A stretch of 63,650 nucleotides of DNA, the filler included, from Octopus bimaculoides (taxonomy: Eukaryota): NCBI RefSeq assembly GCF_001194135.2. It is 6 parts of 6 records of this genome, joined end to end, with 100 filler letters (N's around TTAATTAATTAA, not from the genome) between each part and the next. Parts side by side here need not be neighbours in the genome. Positions count along the whole stretch, not along the records: positions 1 to 17,802 come from NC_068996.1; 5 more parts are not named here. One strand, 5' to 3'. Both the position numbers and the translations under genes were made by a program. Shown here one piece after another: positions 1 to 13,812 of this stretch; the first letter of the stretch is position 1; the number at the start of each line of letters is the position of its first letter. The notes below the pieces were generated by a model. The model had not been told where the DNA came from. It did not search any database and was given only the letters and a program-made list of their open reading frames with translations.

Positions 1-47
<47 letters not shown>

Positions 48-48
48 C

Positions 49-88
<40 letters not shown>

Positions 89-249
89 GCACATATATAT
101 ACATATACAGAGAGAGTGAGAGAGAGAAAGAGAAAAAGAGACAAGGACGAACATATATAAATATGCACACATACATATCTATGTATGTGTATTTACAATG
201 GTGGGTTATTCTATATTTTTGTAGACTACAAACTTATGATTCTTCTACA

Positions 250-689
250 AGAATTTGCGGGGGTAAGTCCATCACATTAACCCTAGTACTTGACTGGTAT
301 TTAATTTATCGACTTCGAAAAGCTGAAAGGTAAAGTCGACCCCAACAGAATTTAAACTCAGAACATAAAGATGGGAAAATTCCACTAAAAATGGTGCCCG
401 GCATGCAAACAATTCTACCAGCTTGCCACCTTGATAACAATAACAAGAAGAAGAAGAAGAATTTGAAATTTTGGTACAAGACCAGAAATTTCGGGGGCAG
501 GAGTAAGTTGATGACATCAGCCCCGCTGTCCAACTACTATCTATTTTATTGACCCCGAAAGGGTGAAAGGGAAATAAACGATCTGAACTCAGAATGTCAA
601 GACAGTTGAAATGCCGCTAAGCATTTTGCCCAGCATGCCAATGATTCTGCTGGCTCACCACCTTAATAATAATAATAATAATAATAATG

Positions 690-743
<54 letters not shown>

Positions 744-1148
744 TTGTTGCAATCACCAACAGACTTGGTAGTTTCCCTAATGAAATTGGTGTAATTATGA
801 GAGATATATTAATACAGAAATCTGTTGTATTAGAAATGTCAAGGTTTATTTGAAAGGTTTTCGGTGTCTAAGGAAACCAGTTGTGACCCCATATCAAAGG
901 CAATAATAACAAGAATAGCAACAACAACAACAACAACAACAACAATAATAATAGTTTCAAATTTTTGAACAAGGCCAGCTATTTCGGGGGAGGTGTAGTA
1001 GGTTAAATGCATCGACCCAATATTCAACTGGTGTCCATTTTATTGACCCCTAAAAGGATGAAATGTTAAGTCATCCTCGGCAGAATTTGAACTCAGAACG
1101 TAAAGACGAATGCCGGGCGAGCTAACGATTCTGCCAGCTTGCCACCTT
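250..1148 (-). mobile_element. Three family A SINE copies separated by (AAT)n/(AAC)n
   Basis: Repeated gaactcagaa...ctaagcattt...ttctgccagct.gccacctt. Further minus copies at ~2570-2835, 6176-6665, 8718-8935, 10612-10810, 45495-45695 and 49620-49820. Confidence 0.85.
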
Positions 1149-1279
1149 AACAATAATAATAATAAATAATATCGATAATAATAATAATAATAATAATAAA
1201 CAATATCGATAACAATAATGATAATAATAATCATAATAACAATGATGAAGAGGATAATGAAAGTGATAGTAAAACTTAC

Positions 1280-1412
1280 CGACTTCACTGTTGTTGTCTA
1301 CATTTTGGGACGAGTTGGTGTTTGACTGACTTGTCGGAACTGGAGTGTCTCCCGACCTTGATGATTGAGTATCATCTTGTTGACTGAAGTTCAAATTTTG
1401 CGAAGGAGGTCT
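1280..1412 (-). CDS. Meis: Meis/homothorax linker exon (exon 7 equivalent)
   Basis: ccactag|RPPSQNLNFSQQDDTQSSRSGDTPVPTSQSNTNSSQNVDNNSEV G|gtaagt; aligns to MEIS DDTASTRSGGTPGP...DNSSEQG; phase 0-1 as in vertebrates. Confidence 0.85.
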
Positions 1413-1489
1413 CTAGTGGGACAAAAATTGGAAATAATGCATTACATTTTGTTATACACCCACACATACATATATACACAAACAATATA

Positions 1490-2150
1490 TACTCTGTGGG
1501 GTAGCTGGTGCTAGGAAGAACATGTGGCCATAAAAACCATGCAAAAGCAGAGTGCAGTCTTCCGAATTCTCAGCTCCTGTCAAACCATCCAACCCATGCC
1601 AGGATGGAGAAGCAGATGTTAAACGATGACGATGATAATGATGATGATATATACATATGTAAACACACACATCATCATCATTTAGTGTCCATTTTCCATG
1701 CAGGCATGGGTCGGACGGTTTGACAGGTCTGGAAAGCCAACAGCTGCACCAGGCTCCAATCTGATCTGGCACAGTTTCTACAGCTGGATGCCCTTCCTGA
1801 CACCAACCAAGTGTGTAGTGGGTGCTTTTTTTACATGCTACGGACACAGGATCCAGTCAAGTGGGCCTGCCATCGATCACATTCAGATAGTGCTTTTTAC
1901 GTGCCACCAGCACGGGAGCCCATCAGTGGGTACTGGCATCAACTACATTCAGATGATGCATTTTATGTGCCACCGGAACAGGTGCCAGTCAGGGGGCACT
2001 GGCCACAGCTATAGATATTGTCATTATCATCATCATTTAAGGTTTGCCTCCCATTTGGCATTGGTTGGACGGTTAGACAGGAGATAGCCAGCTGAAGACC
2101 TGCCCAGGCTCCAATCGTCTGTTTGGCATCGTTTTTACAACTGGATTTCA
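1490..2150. mobile_element. Cluster of RTE-tail SINE/LINE fragments in both orientations
   Basis: aacccatgcca.catgga...cgttaaacgatgatgat tails at 1590-1650 (+), 1673-1990 (-) and 2025-2150 (-). Related copies at 8200-8670 (-) and 15700-15870 (+). Confidence 0.7.
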
Positions 2151-2468
2151 TCTGTTGACTCTCTCTCCATCTGTGTGTGTGTGTGTGAGTACATGCACAT
2201 TGTTTGTTTTTCAGCTTAGTTATAACATCAATTTTACATTAATCCGAGAGGTTACTCTATACTTATGTAGAGTACAAATTTATCATTGTTGAACAAGAAC
2301 ATTGTTGAGATAGTGACTTCGAAGTCACTGTCAGCACTAAGAACAACATGACACAAAAGGAAGTTATATTTTCAACAGAATTACTATAACAAAAAAGGTT
2401 AAAACTTACTTTGTAATCTAAAGACTCTGTGCTTAATGTTTCTAACAGCACCTGGAAATATAGAAAGC

Positions 2469-2515
<47 letters not shown>

Positions 2516-2678
2516 ACGAACAATAACAACAACAACATTCCAGAAGTAACAAGTACAGAGTCAATGAAGTACAATGATCCTCAGTACTTGATTTGCAATT
2601 TATTTTATCAATCCCGAAATGATGAAATGTGAAGTCAACCTCAACTGAATTTGAACTCAGAATACAAAGAGTTAATGA

Positions 2679-2746
<68 letters not shown>

Positions 2747-2851
2747 TTGGTTTCAAATTTTGGCACAAGGCCAGCAATTTCGAGGAAAGGGCAAGTCAAT
2801 TACATTGACCCCAAAAGTATGAAAGGCCAAGTTTGCTTTCACTACCTGAAG

Positions 2852-2907
<56 letters not shown>

Positions 2908-3559
2908 CACTAAGGGTTCATATAAAAAAGACTGGGATGGTGTAGGACAACACAGTACCTATGGAGTGGGATTGAAGTGCACAAATAAAGGATAACACTG
3001 AAAATTCTAACAATAACCCTCACCCCCCACCCCAAAGAGAGGGATTCGCAAGGTCTGCTCATGGAAACCCCACAAAAAACCATGGTCACCCTGACCTCTA
3101 GGGTCAAGTGCCCTATCCTCCTCAGGTCTATTCATTCAGGCCATTATCACTATATTCACCCACCTTTGAACAAAATTGCCAAGAGGCAGCACTTCCCTCT
3201 TTACCCTCACTTTCTTTTTCAAGTGAAACTTGAAAAAGTTGGTGAGGACTTTGCCAAAGAGAAAAGTATGTCTTGATGCTCAAATTTGAGCTGGACATAA
3301 AGATCATTAGCTACTATACTTACTGATATACTATACAATAGATTTTACAATAGATAATGTAGTCCTAGATACACTATGAGTAAAAGGTGGGCTGGTTATG
3401 ACAAGAATGTCTGTTCATAGTTTTCACGATCAGGACTGACCTGGGGTTAAACAGCAAAAACAACATGTTTAGTTACAAATGCATCTAAAGTAATGTTATA
3501 TGTTGTCTAAAGTGATGTTAATGACACGTAAAAAGCACGGAAAACGGATTGGTGCTAGC

Positions 3560-4150
3560 ACCACGTCAAAAGCACTAGTGCAATGTCACATAAGAAGCAG
3601 TAGTGTTGGTGCCACGTAAAAAGCACTAGTGCTGGTGCCACGTAAAAAGAACTGATTATGGTGTCACTTAAAAGCACTGGTGCTGGTCCCAAGTAAAAAA
3701 AAAAAGCGTAGGTGCTGGTGCCACATATAAAGCACTAGTGTTGGTGCCACACACAAAGTACTGGGCGCTGGTCCCACTTCAAAACGCTGGTGCTGGTCTC
3801 ACTTCAAAACCCTGGTGCTGGTCCCACTTCAAAAGCACTAGTGCTGGTCCCACTTCAAAAGCACTAGTGCTGGTCGCACTTCAAAACGCTGGCGCTGGTC
3901 CCACTTCAAAACGCTGGTGCTGGTCTCACTTCAAAAGCACCAGTGCTGGTCCCACTTCAAAACGCTGGTGCTGATCCCGCTTCAAAAGCGCTAGTCTCAC
4001 TTCAAAAGCGCTGGTCTCACTTCAAAAGCGCTGGTGCTAGCATCACGCAAAAAGCAGCGGTGCTGGTCCATGTAAAAATCATTGGTGCTGGTGCCACCTC
4101 AAAAGTTCTGGTGCTGGGGTGCTACGTATAAAACACAAGTGCTGGTGCCT
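3560..4150 (+). repeat. ~26-bp minisatellite expanded inside an RTE-tail element
   Basis: About 20 degenerate units of ctggtgctggtcccacttcaaaagcg, followed by the aacccatgccagc...gttaaatgat tail and (GAT)n. Confidence 0.85.
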
Positions 4151-4898
4151 GTGCAGTTTTTAGCCTTGCCAAAACTGTTCAACCCATGCCAGCGGGGAAA
4201 ACGGACGTTAAATGATAGTGATGGTGATGATGATCACAATGATGATGGCGACGACGACGACGATGATGATGGCGATAATGATGATGGTAGTGGTAAAGAT
4301 GATGACGATAAAGATAATGTAGTCCTGGATACATTATGTTTGAATAAACGACGCGATGGTCATGGTCGGAATATCGTTCTTTGATCATACATCAGTTGGA
4401 TCAAAACTGACCTGCTTGGCGAATATAACATATATACTTCTGCAATGTCAGAATGAAGGAACTTCGATATCAGAAGCGCTCACTATTTGCTTGAGTAAAA
4501 TGTGATTTCTTGCTTGGATGACTTGGAGAGCCATTTCTCTTACATGATCCGGTAGCATGAATCTAGTCTTATAATGATCTGTCCTGTCAAATACAGGAGC
4601 GTGCTCATCAGGCAGAAAGATTGAATAGGAGAAATATGACAGAGGAAGGAAGAGCAAGGAGGAATATAGCATGTATGCGTTGGGGAAGGCGGCGTGAAGT
4701 GACGGTTGCTAGCTGGAAAAAAAGAATTGTAGTGGGGGAAGGTAAAAAATGAAAGGTGGGGTACAATTTGTAGAAGGGAAGGGAAATGTATACACACACA
4801 CACACATGTGTACATGTATATACGTACACATACACACACGCACGCACATACACACACACGCACGTATATATATTACATATATATATATATATTTATAT

Positions 4899-5305
4899 AG
4901 GCGCAGGCATGGCCTTGTGGTAAGAAGCTTGCTTCCCAACCACATGCTTCCGAGATCAGTTTCACTGCGTGGCACCTTAGGCAAGTGTCTTCTACTAAAG
5001 CCTCGGGCAGACCAAAGCCTTGTGGGTGGATTTGGTAGGCGAAAACTGAAAGAAGCCCGTCATGTATATACTTATATATATATATACACACACACACACA
5101 TATAATTATATGCATATATATGTGTGAGTATGTGTGTGTGTCTTGATAAACGGTGTTGGTTTGTTTACATCTTCGTAACTTAGCGAGGGTTAGATACAGT
5201 AATTACCAGGCTTTACAAAACAATAAATACTGGAGTTCATTCGTTCCACTAATTCTTCAAGGCGTTGCCCTAGCATGGACGCAATCTGATGACTGAAATA
5301 ACTGT
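4899..5305 (+). mobile_element. tRNA/CORE-like SINE, family C
   Basis: aggcgcagg..tggc..tgtggtaagaagcttgcttcccaaccacatg head, ggcacctt.ggcaagtgtcttctacta core, and a tail ending gcagtc..atgactgaaa. Other pieces lie at ~6890-6990, 10400-10560, 10815-10925, 35045-35205, 39800-39990, 53695-53760, 62962-63060 and 63584-63622. Confidence 0.8.
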
Positions 5306-5431
5306 ATAATGTGTGTGTGTGTGTGCGTGCGTGCGTATGTTTGTGCGCGCGCGCGCCGGGTAACGACCTATCAAGTTGAAACCTACTATAGTGGTCACTA
5401 TTTTTTCTTGCAAAATGTTAATTCTATCTTC

Positions 5432-5463
<32 letters not shown>

Positions 5464-5485
5464 CTCTCTCNNNNNNNNNNATCTT

Positions 5486-5522
<37 letters not shown>

Positions 5523-7832
5523 CTCTCTCTCTCTCTTCATATATATCTTTTTCTCTCGATAGCAGCAGCAACAACAAAACAAAAAACTATCATTGCAGTG
5601 AGAGTCTCCTGCTAAAGTCTGTGATGTGTTGTTTATATCGTCAAAGACATACAGAAACACACACAGCCAAAACTATAACTATATGTATCGTATATATGCC
5701 CAGATAGTTAGTTTTTTGAAGCCTGTGCTGCATTGTATTGACAGACTTGCACTTAAAGTTCCTACGTAGTTAATCAAAAACTTGTCAGTTACTATGGGGC
5801 CAACACTATCTATTTGTCTATCTATCTTTCACGCACACACACATTCACTCTCTCTCTCTTTCACCGTATTTCTCTCTAGACAAAAAGTTTTTCTCCGCGT
5901 CATCTAAAATATACGTTGTGAAAAGGGTTATCTCCCCTTTTGATTCCTTCCCTTCTTCCCTCTCTCTACACAGATGTTGTTACGAACAGACAGAGATCAG
6001 CTCCTGTTTTACAATATAATATTGCAGAATCGTATTCAACCCAATTATAGCATAATAACGAAGACACTATACTAAGTAGGTTCAGATAAGATCAGTATAC
6101 GTATTGAAGTTGAAATTTTTACTTTTATTTTTCATTGTCACGAAATAAGCATAATGATTTCAAATCAAAACATCGGCCTTGGCGGAATTTGAAGTCAGAG
6201 CATAAAACTGATTAAATGCCACTAAGCATTTTCCCCGATGCGATTAACGATTCTGCTAGATCACTGAATGATGATGATGATGATGATTTCAAATTTTGGC
6301 ATAAGGCTAGGAATTTCGGAGGAGGGCCAAGTCGATTACATCGACCCCAGGGCTCAACTGGTACTTATTTTATCGACTCGGAAAGGATGAAAGGCGAAGT
6401 CGACCTCGGTAGAATTTTTTAACTCAGAATGTGAAGACAGACGAAATTTCACTACGTGCTTACAATTATGCCAGCTCGCAAAATTTGGTTGCAAATTTTG
6501 GCACAAGGCTAAAGCAACGGTTCGGTGGGTAAGTGTAAGTCGATTACAACGATGCCAGTGCTCAACTGGTATTTCCAGTGCTCAACTGGTATTTTATTTT
6601 ATCGAACCTGACAAGATGAAATGTAAAGTTGACCTCGGCGGAATTTAAACTCAGAACGTAAAGATACCTGGGCTCGTTGCTATGGAAACAAGCACCAATA
6701 CCTCTGCAGCTAAAAATGCTCAAAATCTGCAAACTTTTTATCAACTAATTAGCATAGAAAACTACATCAATACACGAAATTTGAAAACAAATAAAACAAA
6801 AAAGTGTGAGCCAAAACAGAAAAGATTCTAGAGTTGATGTACGTAAGGCTGGACCTCTTCACTGGAGACTTAACAAAAAAAGAAAAAAATAGAAAAAGTA
6901 CTAGGGTCGATTGATTTATTTGACTAAAAATTCTTCAAGGCTGTGCCCCAGCATGGTCGCAGTCTAATGACTGAAACAAGTAAAAAAAGATAAGAATGAA
7001 AATAGGAGCGTAATAAAGCCCAGAAGCTATTGCAAGTGAGATATCTATAAGGTCATCGCTCGTTCACTGTATGCCAGCCAGACGTACCACTATAATTACA
7101 GACGTAGCCTATTTTGGTGGGCAAGAAAGAAGAGGGCAGGCTGGCGCCTTTATAACTGCTGTGTATTTTACTAGCAGCTCAGCCATTGTCCAACAACGGC
7201 ATTGTTACTCTCTAACTCCGCCTACTAATGTTGTTGTTGTTGCTAGTGAAGATGCGACGAGAAAGTTTCTTACAGAAAAACAAAAAAACTAAATACACAC
7301 ACACTCACACAAACTTTTGACTAACTCCCCTATTTTAATTCTTTCTCCATTTTCTAACTTTATTTTTCTTTCAACGACCTCTCTTTCTCGCTATCTTTCT
7401 TCATTCTCTTTTCCTCTTTTCTTTCTTCATACCAACTAAAAACGCGCGCGCACATACACACACACACACACACACATATGTACATACACGTAAGTGAAGA
7501 AAATTTACTTTGTAACTTTTAACTTATAAGGAGCAAAGTACATGCACATCGTGAATGCTGTCAAATACACACATAATACTCAACTTCGCTCCTCTCTCAC
7601 TCTCTCTCTACACACACATATATATAGATGTACCCACTTAAACGTGGATGTTCTGTTAGAACAAACAATACTGTGATGTTTACCATGAGAGAAACTCTCA
7701 TATTGGCTCTTAGTGCAAAATGCACTCATGCTTATATCGACAGCAGTCGAGCGTCCATCATTGACAAGACCAAGTAAAGTCGAAATTGCGTGATCTGGTG
7801 GTCTCGGCCACTTATTATCTTATGGGCTTGTT

Positions 7833-8045
7833 AAGGCGGTGAGCTGGTAGAATCATTAGCATGTTTAGTAGTATTTCTTGCAGTTCCTCACATTCTGTGA
7901 CCAAAAGTCACCAAGGCCAAAGATCCCATTCAACCCTTTCGTCATCGATAAGAAATAAGAACCAGTCAAGTGTTGGCGTCGAAAAATCTGATTTCCTCCC
8001 CACCACCTCAAAATTGCTGGACTTGTGTGCAAAATTTAGAAATTT
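7833..8045 (+). mobile_element. tRNA-derived SINE, family A (representative + copy)
   Basis: aaggcggtgagctggtagaatc.ttagc head through aaaattgctggacttgtg..caaaatttagaa tail. Further + copies at ~13825-14205, 37180-37390 and 38122-38505. Confidence 0.85.
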
Positions 8046-9093
8046 GCTGGATTAGGATAAAGGGTCAGTGACCTTAATTCTCTACCCAAGTAAATCAATG
8101 TGTTCATTTATGATGCGTTCAACACAACGTAATCAAGAAGGTGAATAGAGATCTAGTACCAGAATTGTTAGATGGAGGAAGTCAACATCATCGTGATCAT
8201 TTAACGTTCGTTTTCCACACTGGCATGGGTAAGACGGTTTGACCAGGGCTAGTAAGAGAACTGCAGCTAGCCCCAGTTGCCATTTTTGGTTACTTCGTCA
8301 CTGGCATGGATGCTTTTTACAGCACGGGTGTATTTCACATGTCACTGGCAAAAGTGACTCTTACGTGCCACCGGCACGGTTGGCTTTTATGTGTAACTAG
8401 CATGGGTGTCTTCCACACATCACTGGCAAAGGTGTCTTTCGCGTGACACTGGCATGGATGCGTTTTACGTCACCAGTATGGGTGCCTCTTACATGTCACT
8501 GGCACAGGAGCCTCTTACGTGTCACCAGCACTGGTGCCATTTACATGTCACCAGCAAGGAGGGTGCCCTTCACGTGACACCAGCATGTGTCCCTTCTACG
8601 GGACCACTGGACGGGTGCTTTCTGTGTGACACCGGGATGGATGTCTTTTATGTGTCACGGGTGCCTTAACAGCATGATATATGGATCAATGGGTGGGAGA
8701 GAAAGAGAGAGAAATATTAATTTCAAATTTTGGCACAAAGCCAGCAATTCCGGTGGATGGAAGGTAGGTCAATTTAATTGATGCCAGTGCTTAATTGGTG
8801 GTCATTTTATCGACCCTGAAAGGATAAAAGGTAACATCGACGTTGGCAGAATTCAAACTCAGAATGGAAAAACAGACGAAACGCCACTAAGCATTTTTCC
8901 TGGCAATCTAACGATTCTACCAGCTCACTGCCTTTACAAAAGAGAAATATAAACCAAAGTAAGAATAAGTGATATATTTCAATGAGTGACAGAAAGGAGA
9001 GAGTGGGGAATGACTGGCAGCACGTTAAAAAAAGTGGTGGCTGCAATGTATCAAGCACTGATATTAGATTAGATAAAATATCTCTCTCCTTAC

Positions 9094-9249
9094 CTGGTCT
9101 GTGCTGTTGTCTGTGTGGTCTTGACTTTCTGTTCCAGACTTTGGGGTTGTCGACCCACCGTCCCTTTCATCAATCACTAAGTCAATTGGCATTTTACCTT
9201 TCAAACAGCTGATATAGCGCTGACAAAAATTGTCACAGAGTTCATGCAC
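9094..9249 (-). CDS. Meis: Meis/homothorax exon (exon 6 equivalent)
   Basis: ttattcag|[52 protein letters not shown]|gtaagg; 156 nt, phase 0-0. Confidence 0.97.
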
Positions 9250-10189
9250 CTGAATAAGAAAAATAATTGCATAATATTAAATACTGTTATTTGCATATTA
9301 ATCCTTTAGTATTTTTTAAGCCGGCCATATCCAGCAGGTACTTTGAAGGCACCCTGCATAGTTATGGGCTGCTCTTTGACAAGGTATAGCACCCATTCAG
9401 CCACCCTGCCAGGGATACAGTGAAGTCATGGTACTGCAACATGGCAGACTGTAACGAGGTAGTGGAAGAGCTCAACTGAGCCAAAGTGCTTCTTACATTG
9501 ATACTGAGCAGAGGAATACTAGAAGATCAACGGTCAGGATCACCAAACTCTATCAACAGAGAGTAACTGTAATCCATCCATAGGGGTGGTGGTCATGGTT
9601 GTGTAATCAGGTAATAAAAGATTCACTATGATTCAAGTTCTTAATTCAAATTCATAATAATGGAATTGGATGGTAATAGAGAGTCATGGGAATCCGCAAA
9701 AGCAGTGCAAAAAAAAGAATCCAGCTAAAATATTCTACATGTTTTATGTTAAAACTGGCCAGATCCAGCCTCTCACACCTACCATACAATGTCATTTTAA
9801 AAATAAATAACCACATCATTGAAATATCAAAGCTACAAGATAATGCATGATTAATCAAAATATTGTGAATAAATAAGCATTACATTTGACAGAGTAACAA
9901 GGTTTAATGAGTTATTTACTTATATAAAACAGTGGCTCTCAACAGGGATCCATTTAAAACTGTAGGTGTGGCGGGGTCACAAAGCAAAACAGTAAATTAG
10001 GGCCCCACAGAAGTATTTTAGAGGTGATCTTTTATTTTTTGTTTCAGCCATTAGACTGCGGCCATGCTAGTGCACCACCATAATGTATTTCAGTTAAACG
10101 AATTGACTTCGGTATTTTTAAGTCATTTTGGGGTCAATAAAATAATTACCAGACTAAAATGATAAAAATATGAAGATATTGGACTTTAC

Positions 10190-10240
10190 CTTTTCCAGTT
10201 CCAATAGGTGAAATCTTAAAACCTGAATGGCTTGAATCAT
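10190..10240 (-). CDS. Meis: Meis/homothorax 51-nt exon (exon 5 equivalent; MEINOX-B)
   Basis: tttcag|MIQAIQVLRFHLLELEK|gtaaag; the same peptide as in vertebrate MEIS; phase 0-0. Confidence 0.97.
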
Positions 10241-10366
10241 CTGAAACATAAAAACGACATCGAATGTCACTAAACATCTGGATTGAGGTATTCTTGATAA
10301 AGTTACAAGTGTTCATAATGTTAGAAATAATTTTTGCAATGTCTGTATCAGTCATCAAGCCGCAGT

Positions 10367-10406
<40 letters not shown>

Positions 10407-11139
10407 TGTACAAAATTCTTCCAGTTTCTGCCTACCGAATCAACTCACAAGGCTTTGGTTGGCCTGGAGCTATAGTAGAAGGTGCCACGCAGTAGAACTG
10501 AACCTGGAACCATGTGATTGGGAAGCTAACCTCTCATACACAGCCATGCCTGTACCTGCACACACACACAGTTTCTTATTGCTTTATTGCCCACAAGGGG
10601 CTAAACATAGAGGGGACAAACAAGGACAGACAAAGGGATTAAGTCGATTACATCGACCCCAGTGCGTAACTGGTACTTCATTTATCGACCCTGAAAGGAT
10701 GAAAGGCAAAGTCGACCTTGGCAGAATTTGAACTCAGAACGTAACGGCAGACGAAATACTGCTAAGCATTTCGCCAGGCGGGGTAACGTTTCTGCCAACT
10801 CGCCACCTTAGAGTTTCTGTCTACCAAATCCACTCACAAGGCTTTGGTTGGTCTGAGGCTATAGCAGAAGACACTTGCCCAAGGTGCCATGCAATGGGAC
10901 TGAACTCAGAACCATAAGATTGGGGAACAAGGTTCGTAGGACAAAACCAAAACCTGTATATATATATGTGTGTTTGTGTGTGTGTGTGGTAAGTAGGATC
11001 AACAGGAAAGTATTGCATCTAGTAAGTGTAAGTGAAAAATATTTGCTTCTTGTGGCTTTTGATTTGCAAATTTTCTGATCTAATGAAATGACAAGCTGTA
11101 AGACAAGAAGGGACAATGGTCCCCATGATGACTGGAGCA

Positions 11140-11430
11140 TTGAGGAAGAGAAGGAGAGAGGAGGAAAGAGGAAAGAAAGAAAGAAAGAAAGAAATAAAGA
11201 AAAAGAAGAAGAAGAAGAAGAAGAAGAAGAAGAAGAAGAAGAAGAAGAAGAAAGAGGAAAGAAAGAAAGGAAGGAGAAGAAGAAGAAGAAGAAGAAGAAG
11301 AAGAAGAAGAAGAAGAAGAAGAAGAAGAAGAAGAAGAAAAACAGCAACAGCAGCAACAACAACAAGACGTTATGATGATGATAAGAGGAAGTGGAGAAAT
11401 AGGAGGAAAAAAAGAGAAGAGAAGGCAAAA
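11140..11430 (+). repeat. Polypurine tract with two (GAA)n runs
   Basis: About 290 bp almost entirely A/G on the + strand. Confidence 0.9.
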
Positions 11431-13455
11431 ACATGACCTAAAAATAATGTGAATAAAAATGTAAAGCAATTATTTTTTTAAAAAATAGGTAATAATAAAT
11501 AAACAAATAATTCATTGGCAACTTACAGAATGTTATTCGGAAGTGAGGGAACAAAGACAATAACAGTAGCAATTATATTCCTAACGAATGGACAAATAAT
11601 TGCATATGAATAACACATACCCTCTAGTAAATTCTGGCGCTGCTTGTGTTTACAATAAATATAATACTAATGAAATATTTGTGCCCACTTAAATGCTCTG
11701 TTAGAACAAGCTATACTGTGGAAGATACCATGAGAGAACCTCTCATATTGGCTTTTGGTGCAAAACGTACTCTGGTTTATATTGCTAGTGGGGAAATAAA
11801 TCCCTGATACCTCTAGCACTGAGACCATCAGATCACATGATTTCAACCTTCTTTGGTCTCGTCAATGACGGACACTCAGCCACTAGAGATAATAAAAAAG
11901 GGAGCAAAATAGCAGCGAAAAGTTCCAAGAACTGAAAATCCTTTGTAATTTTTGAGAAAAACAACGAAAAAAGGATCTTTTCTGTTTGGCTCACACTTTT
12001 CTATTAGTTTTGATTCAATTCTTATCAAATTTGGATGTGTTGATGTAGTTTTGTGTGCTAATTATAGAAATGAAATTCATTTTTGCCATAAACTAATAAA
12101 CAAAAAGTCAATAGCTTTTAAAGTTTACTAATTTTGGGTAATTTTAGCCAATCCAAAGCCACAGACATATAGGTGCCTGCTTCCGTAGTAACAAACGAAG
12201 GTATGTATATGCTATGCAGGAGATACGAAAATAGTGATTTGTTTGACAAACTTCTAGAGTGCATTTCAAACTTGCATTTTTGAATTCTTCACCAACCACA
12301 AAAAATGTATTGTTTATCTGAACTGAACTCCAGATTTTTATTTTTGTGTGTGTGGTAATTTAATGTTCAGTTTGTTTGTTTTTTCATAATGTGATGTTTA
12401 GATTTTTATTGCTTCATTAAAAGATTTTTCCTTTTAATATTGTTTTACATGCCTGTTCCAAAATTTCGCATGATTCATTCATTAAAACTTTTTAAAGCTT
12501 CCATTGTCGTAATGTTTTGTCTAATCTAAGCTTCCATGTACTGCTTTCTAATTGGGTAAAAATAATCAAACATTAAACTTCTAACATTTTTCTGAAATGG
12601 TCCAGGAAGCAAGTAAAATAACCACATCAGATCCAGCATCAAAAAATTACGTGAATATTACCAAATTTCAAAATTTTCACTTGATTAAAAAATTTTGAAA
12701 ACTGTGAACCACACAGAAAAGATCTGGGGATAAACAAAAGAATGGTAAAATGAGAAAATAAGGCTGCTCAAGAGAAACTCTTTTACTCTTTCGCTTGCTT
12801 GAGACTGTTTTTAAATTGATGGCATGGATCCCAGTACTTGACTTCAAGTCTGGCATTTAATTTAGCCGTCTCTTTCGTTGCACCGCTAAGTTACAGCACA
12901 AACAGGTCACTGAGACGCAAATTTCATAACTACAGAAGTATGTCTGCATCTAGGTACACGATGAAAAAAAGTACTTATTACAAATATCTAATGTTGCACC
13001 GCTAGATTACAGAACATACAGACCATGGAGTTGCAAAACAAACGTCTTAAAACAGACAGTTATTCCTGTACCTAGATAAAGTATGAAAAAATGATGGTAG
13101 AGTCATGGCAGGAACGTCTTTGGGTATTGATATATTTCTATCAGGGGAGAACGAGACAGATGTGAACAGAACGATGAAGAGAGAAGAGAAAGAAATAGGA
13201 AAAAATTTTAAAATGACAGTTAAATTGTACCTGTAATTTTAAAAAACATCCAAGTGTATTTTTGGTGCACCTAAATACAAATAGACTGTTTTTTAATAGC
13301 CGAGGCTTGTTATACGAATATACACACATTGGGTCACTCCCTGTGATTCATAGGCACTCTAATGTAACATGGAACGAACGCAGCGAGCAGGTAAAATCGT
13401 CAGCACGCTGGAAAAAATGCTTGGCAGCATTTCGTTCGTCTTTATGCTCTGTAGA

Positions 13456-13812
13456 GTGGAGGCGCAACTGCCCAGTGGTTAGGATCGTGGTTTCAATTCT
13501 CAGACCGAGCGTTGTAAGTGTTTATTGAGCGAAAACACCTAAAGTTCCACGAGGCTCCGGCAGGGGATGGTGGCGAACCCTGCTGTACTCTTTCACCACA
13601 ACTTTCTCTCACTTTTACTGCCTGTTTCTGTTATGCCTGTAATTCAAAGGGTCAGCCTTCTCACACTGTGTCACGCTGAATCTCTCCGAGAACTACATTA
13701 AGGGTACAGGTGTCTGTGGAGTCCTCAGCCACTTGCACGTTAATTTCACGAGCAGGCTGTTCTGTTGATCGAATCAACTGGAACCCTCGTCGTCGTAACT
13801 GACGGAGTGCCA
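13456..13812 (+). mobile_element. tRNA-derived SINE, family B (full length)
   Basis: Head ggaggcgcaa.tg.cccagtggttagg...gtttcaattc; near-colinear with 35846-36225; flanked by the TSD-like atgctctgta(g/a)ag. Confidence 0.85.

Noticed and set aside
3560-4150. Regular ~26-bp array resembling a CRISPR
   Set aside because: It has no unique spacers; the units are degenerate tandem copies inside a eukaryotic retroelement.
5974-6080. Strong plus-strand acceptor followed by a short open frame antisense to Meis
   Set aside because: All frames stop within 34 codons and no partner exon was found; the pyrimidine tract may be simple repeat.
7040-7270. Unique GC-richer intronic block with a TATA-like word, a possible Meis enhancer
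   Set aside because: It cannot be supported without cross-species conservation or chromatin data.
13456-13530. tRNA-like heads with A/B boxes here and at other SINE starts
   Set aside because: They continue into SINE bodies and have no complete cloverleaf, so they are not tRNA genes.
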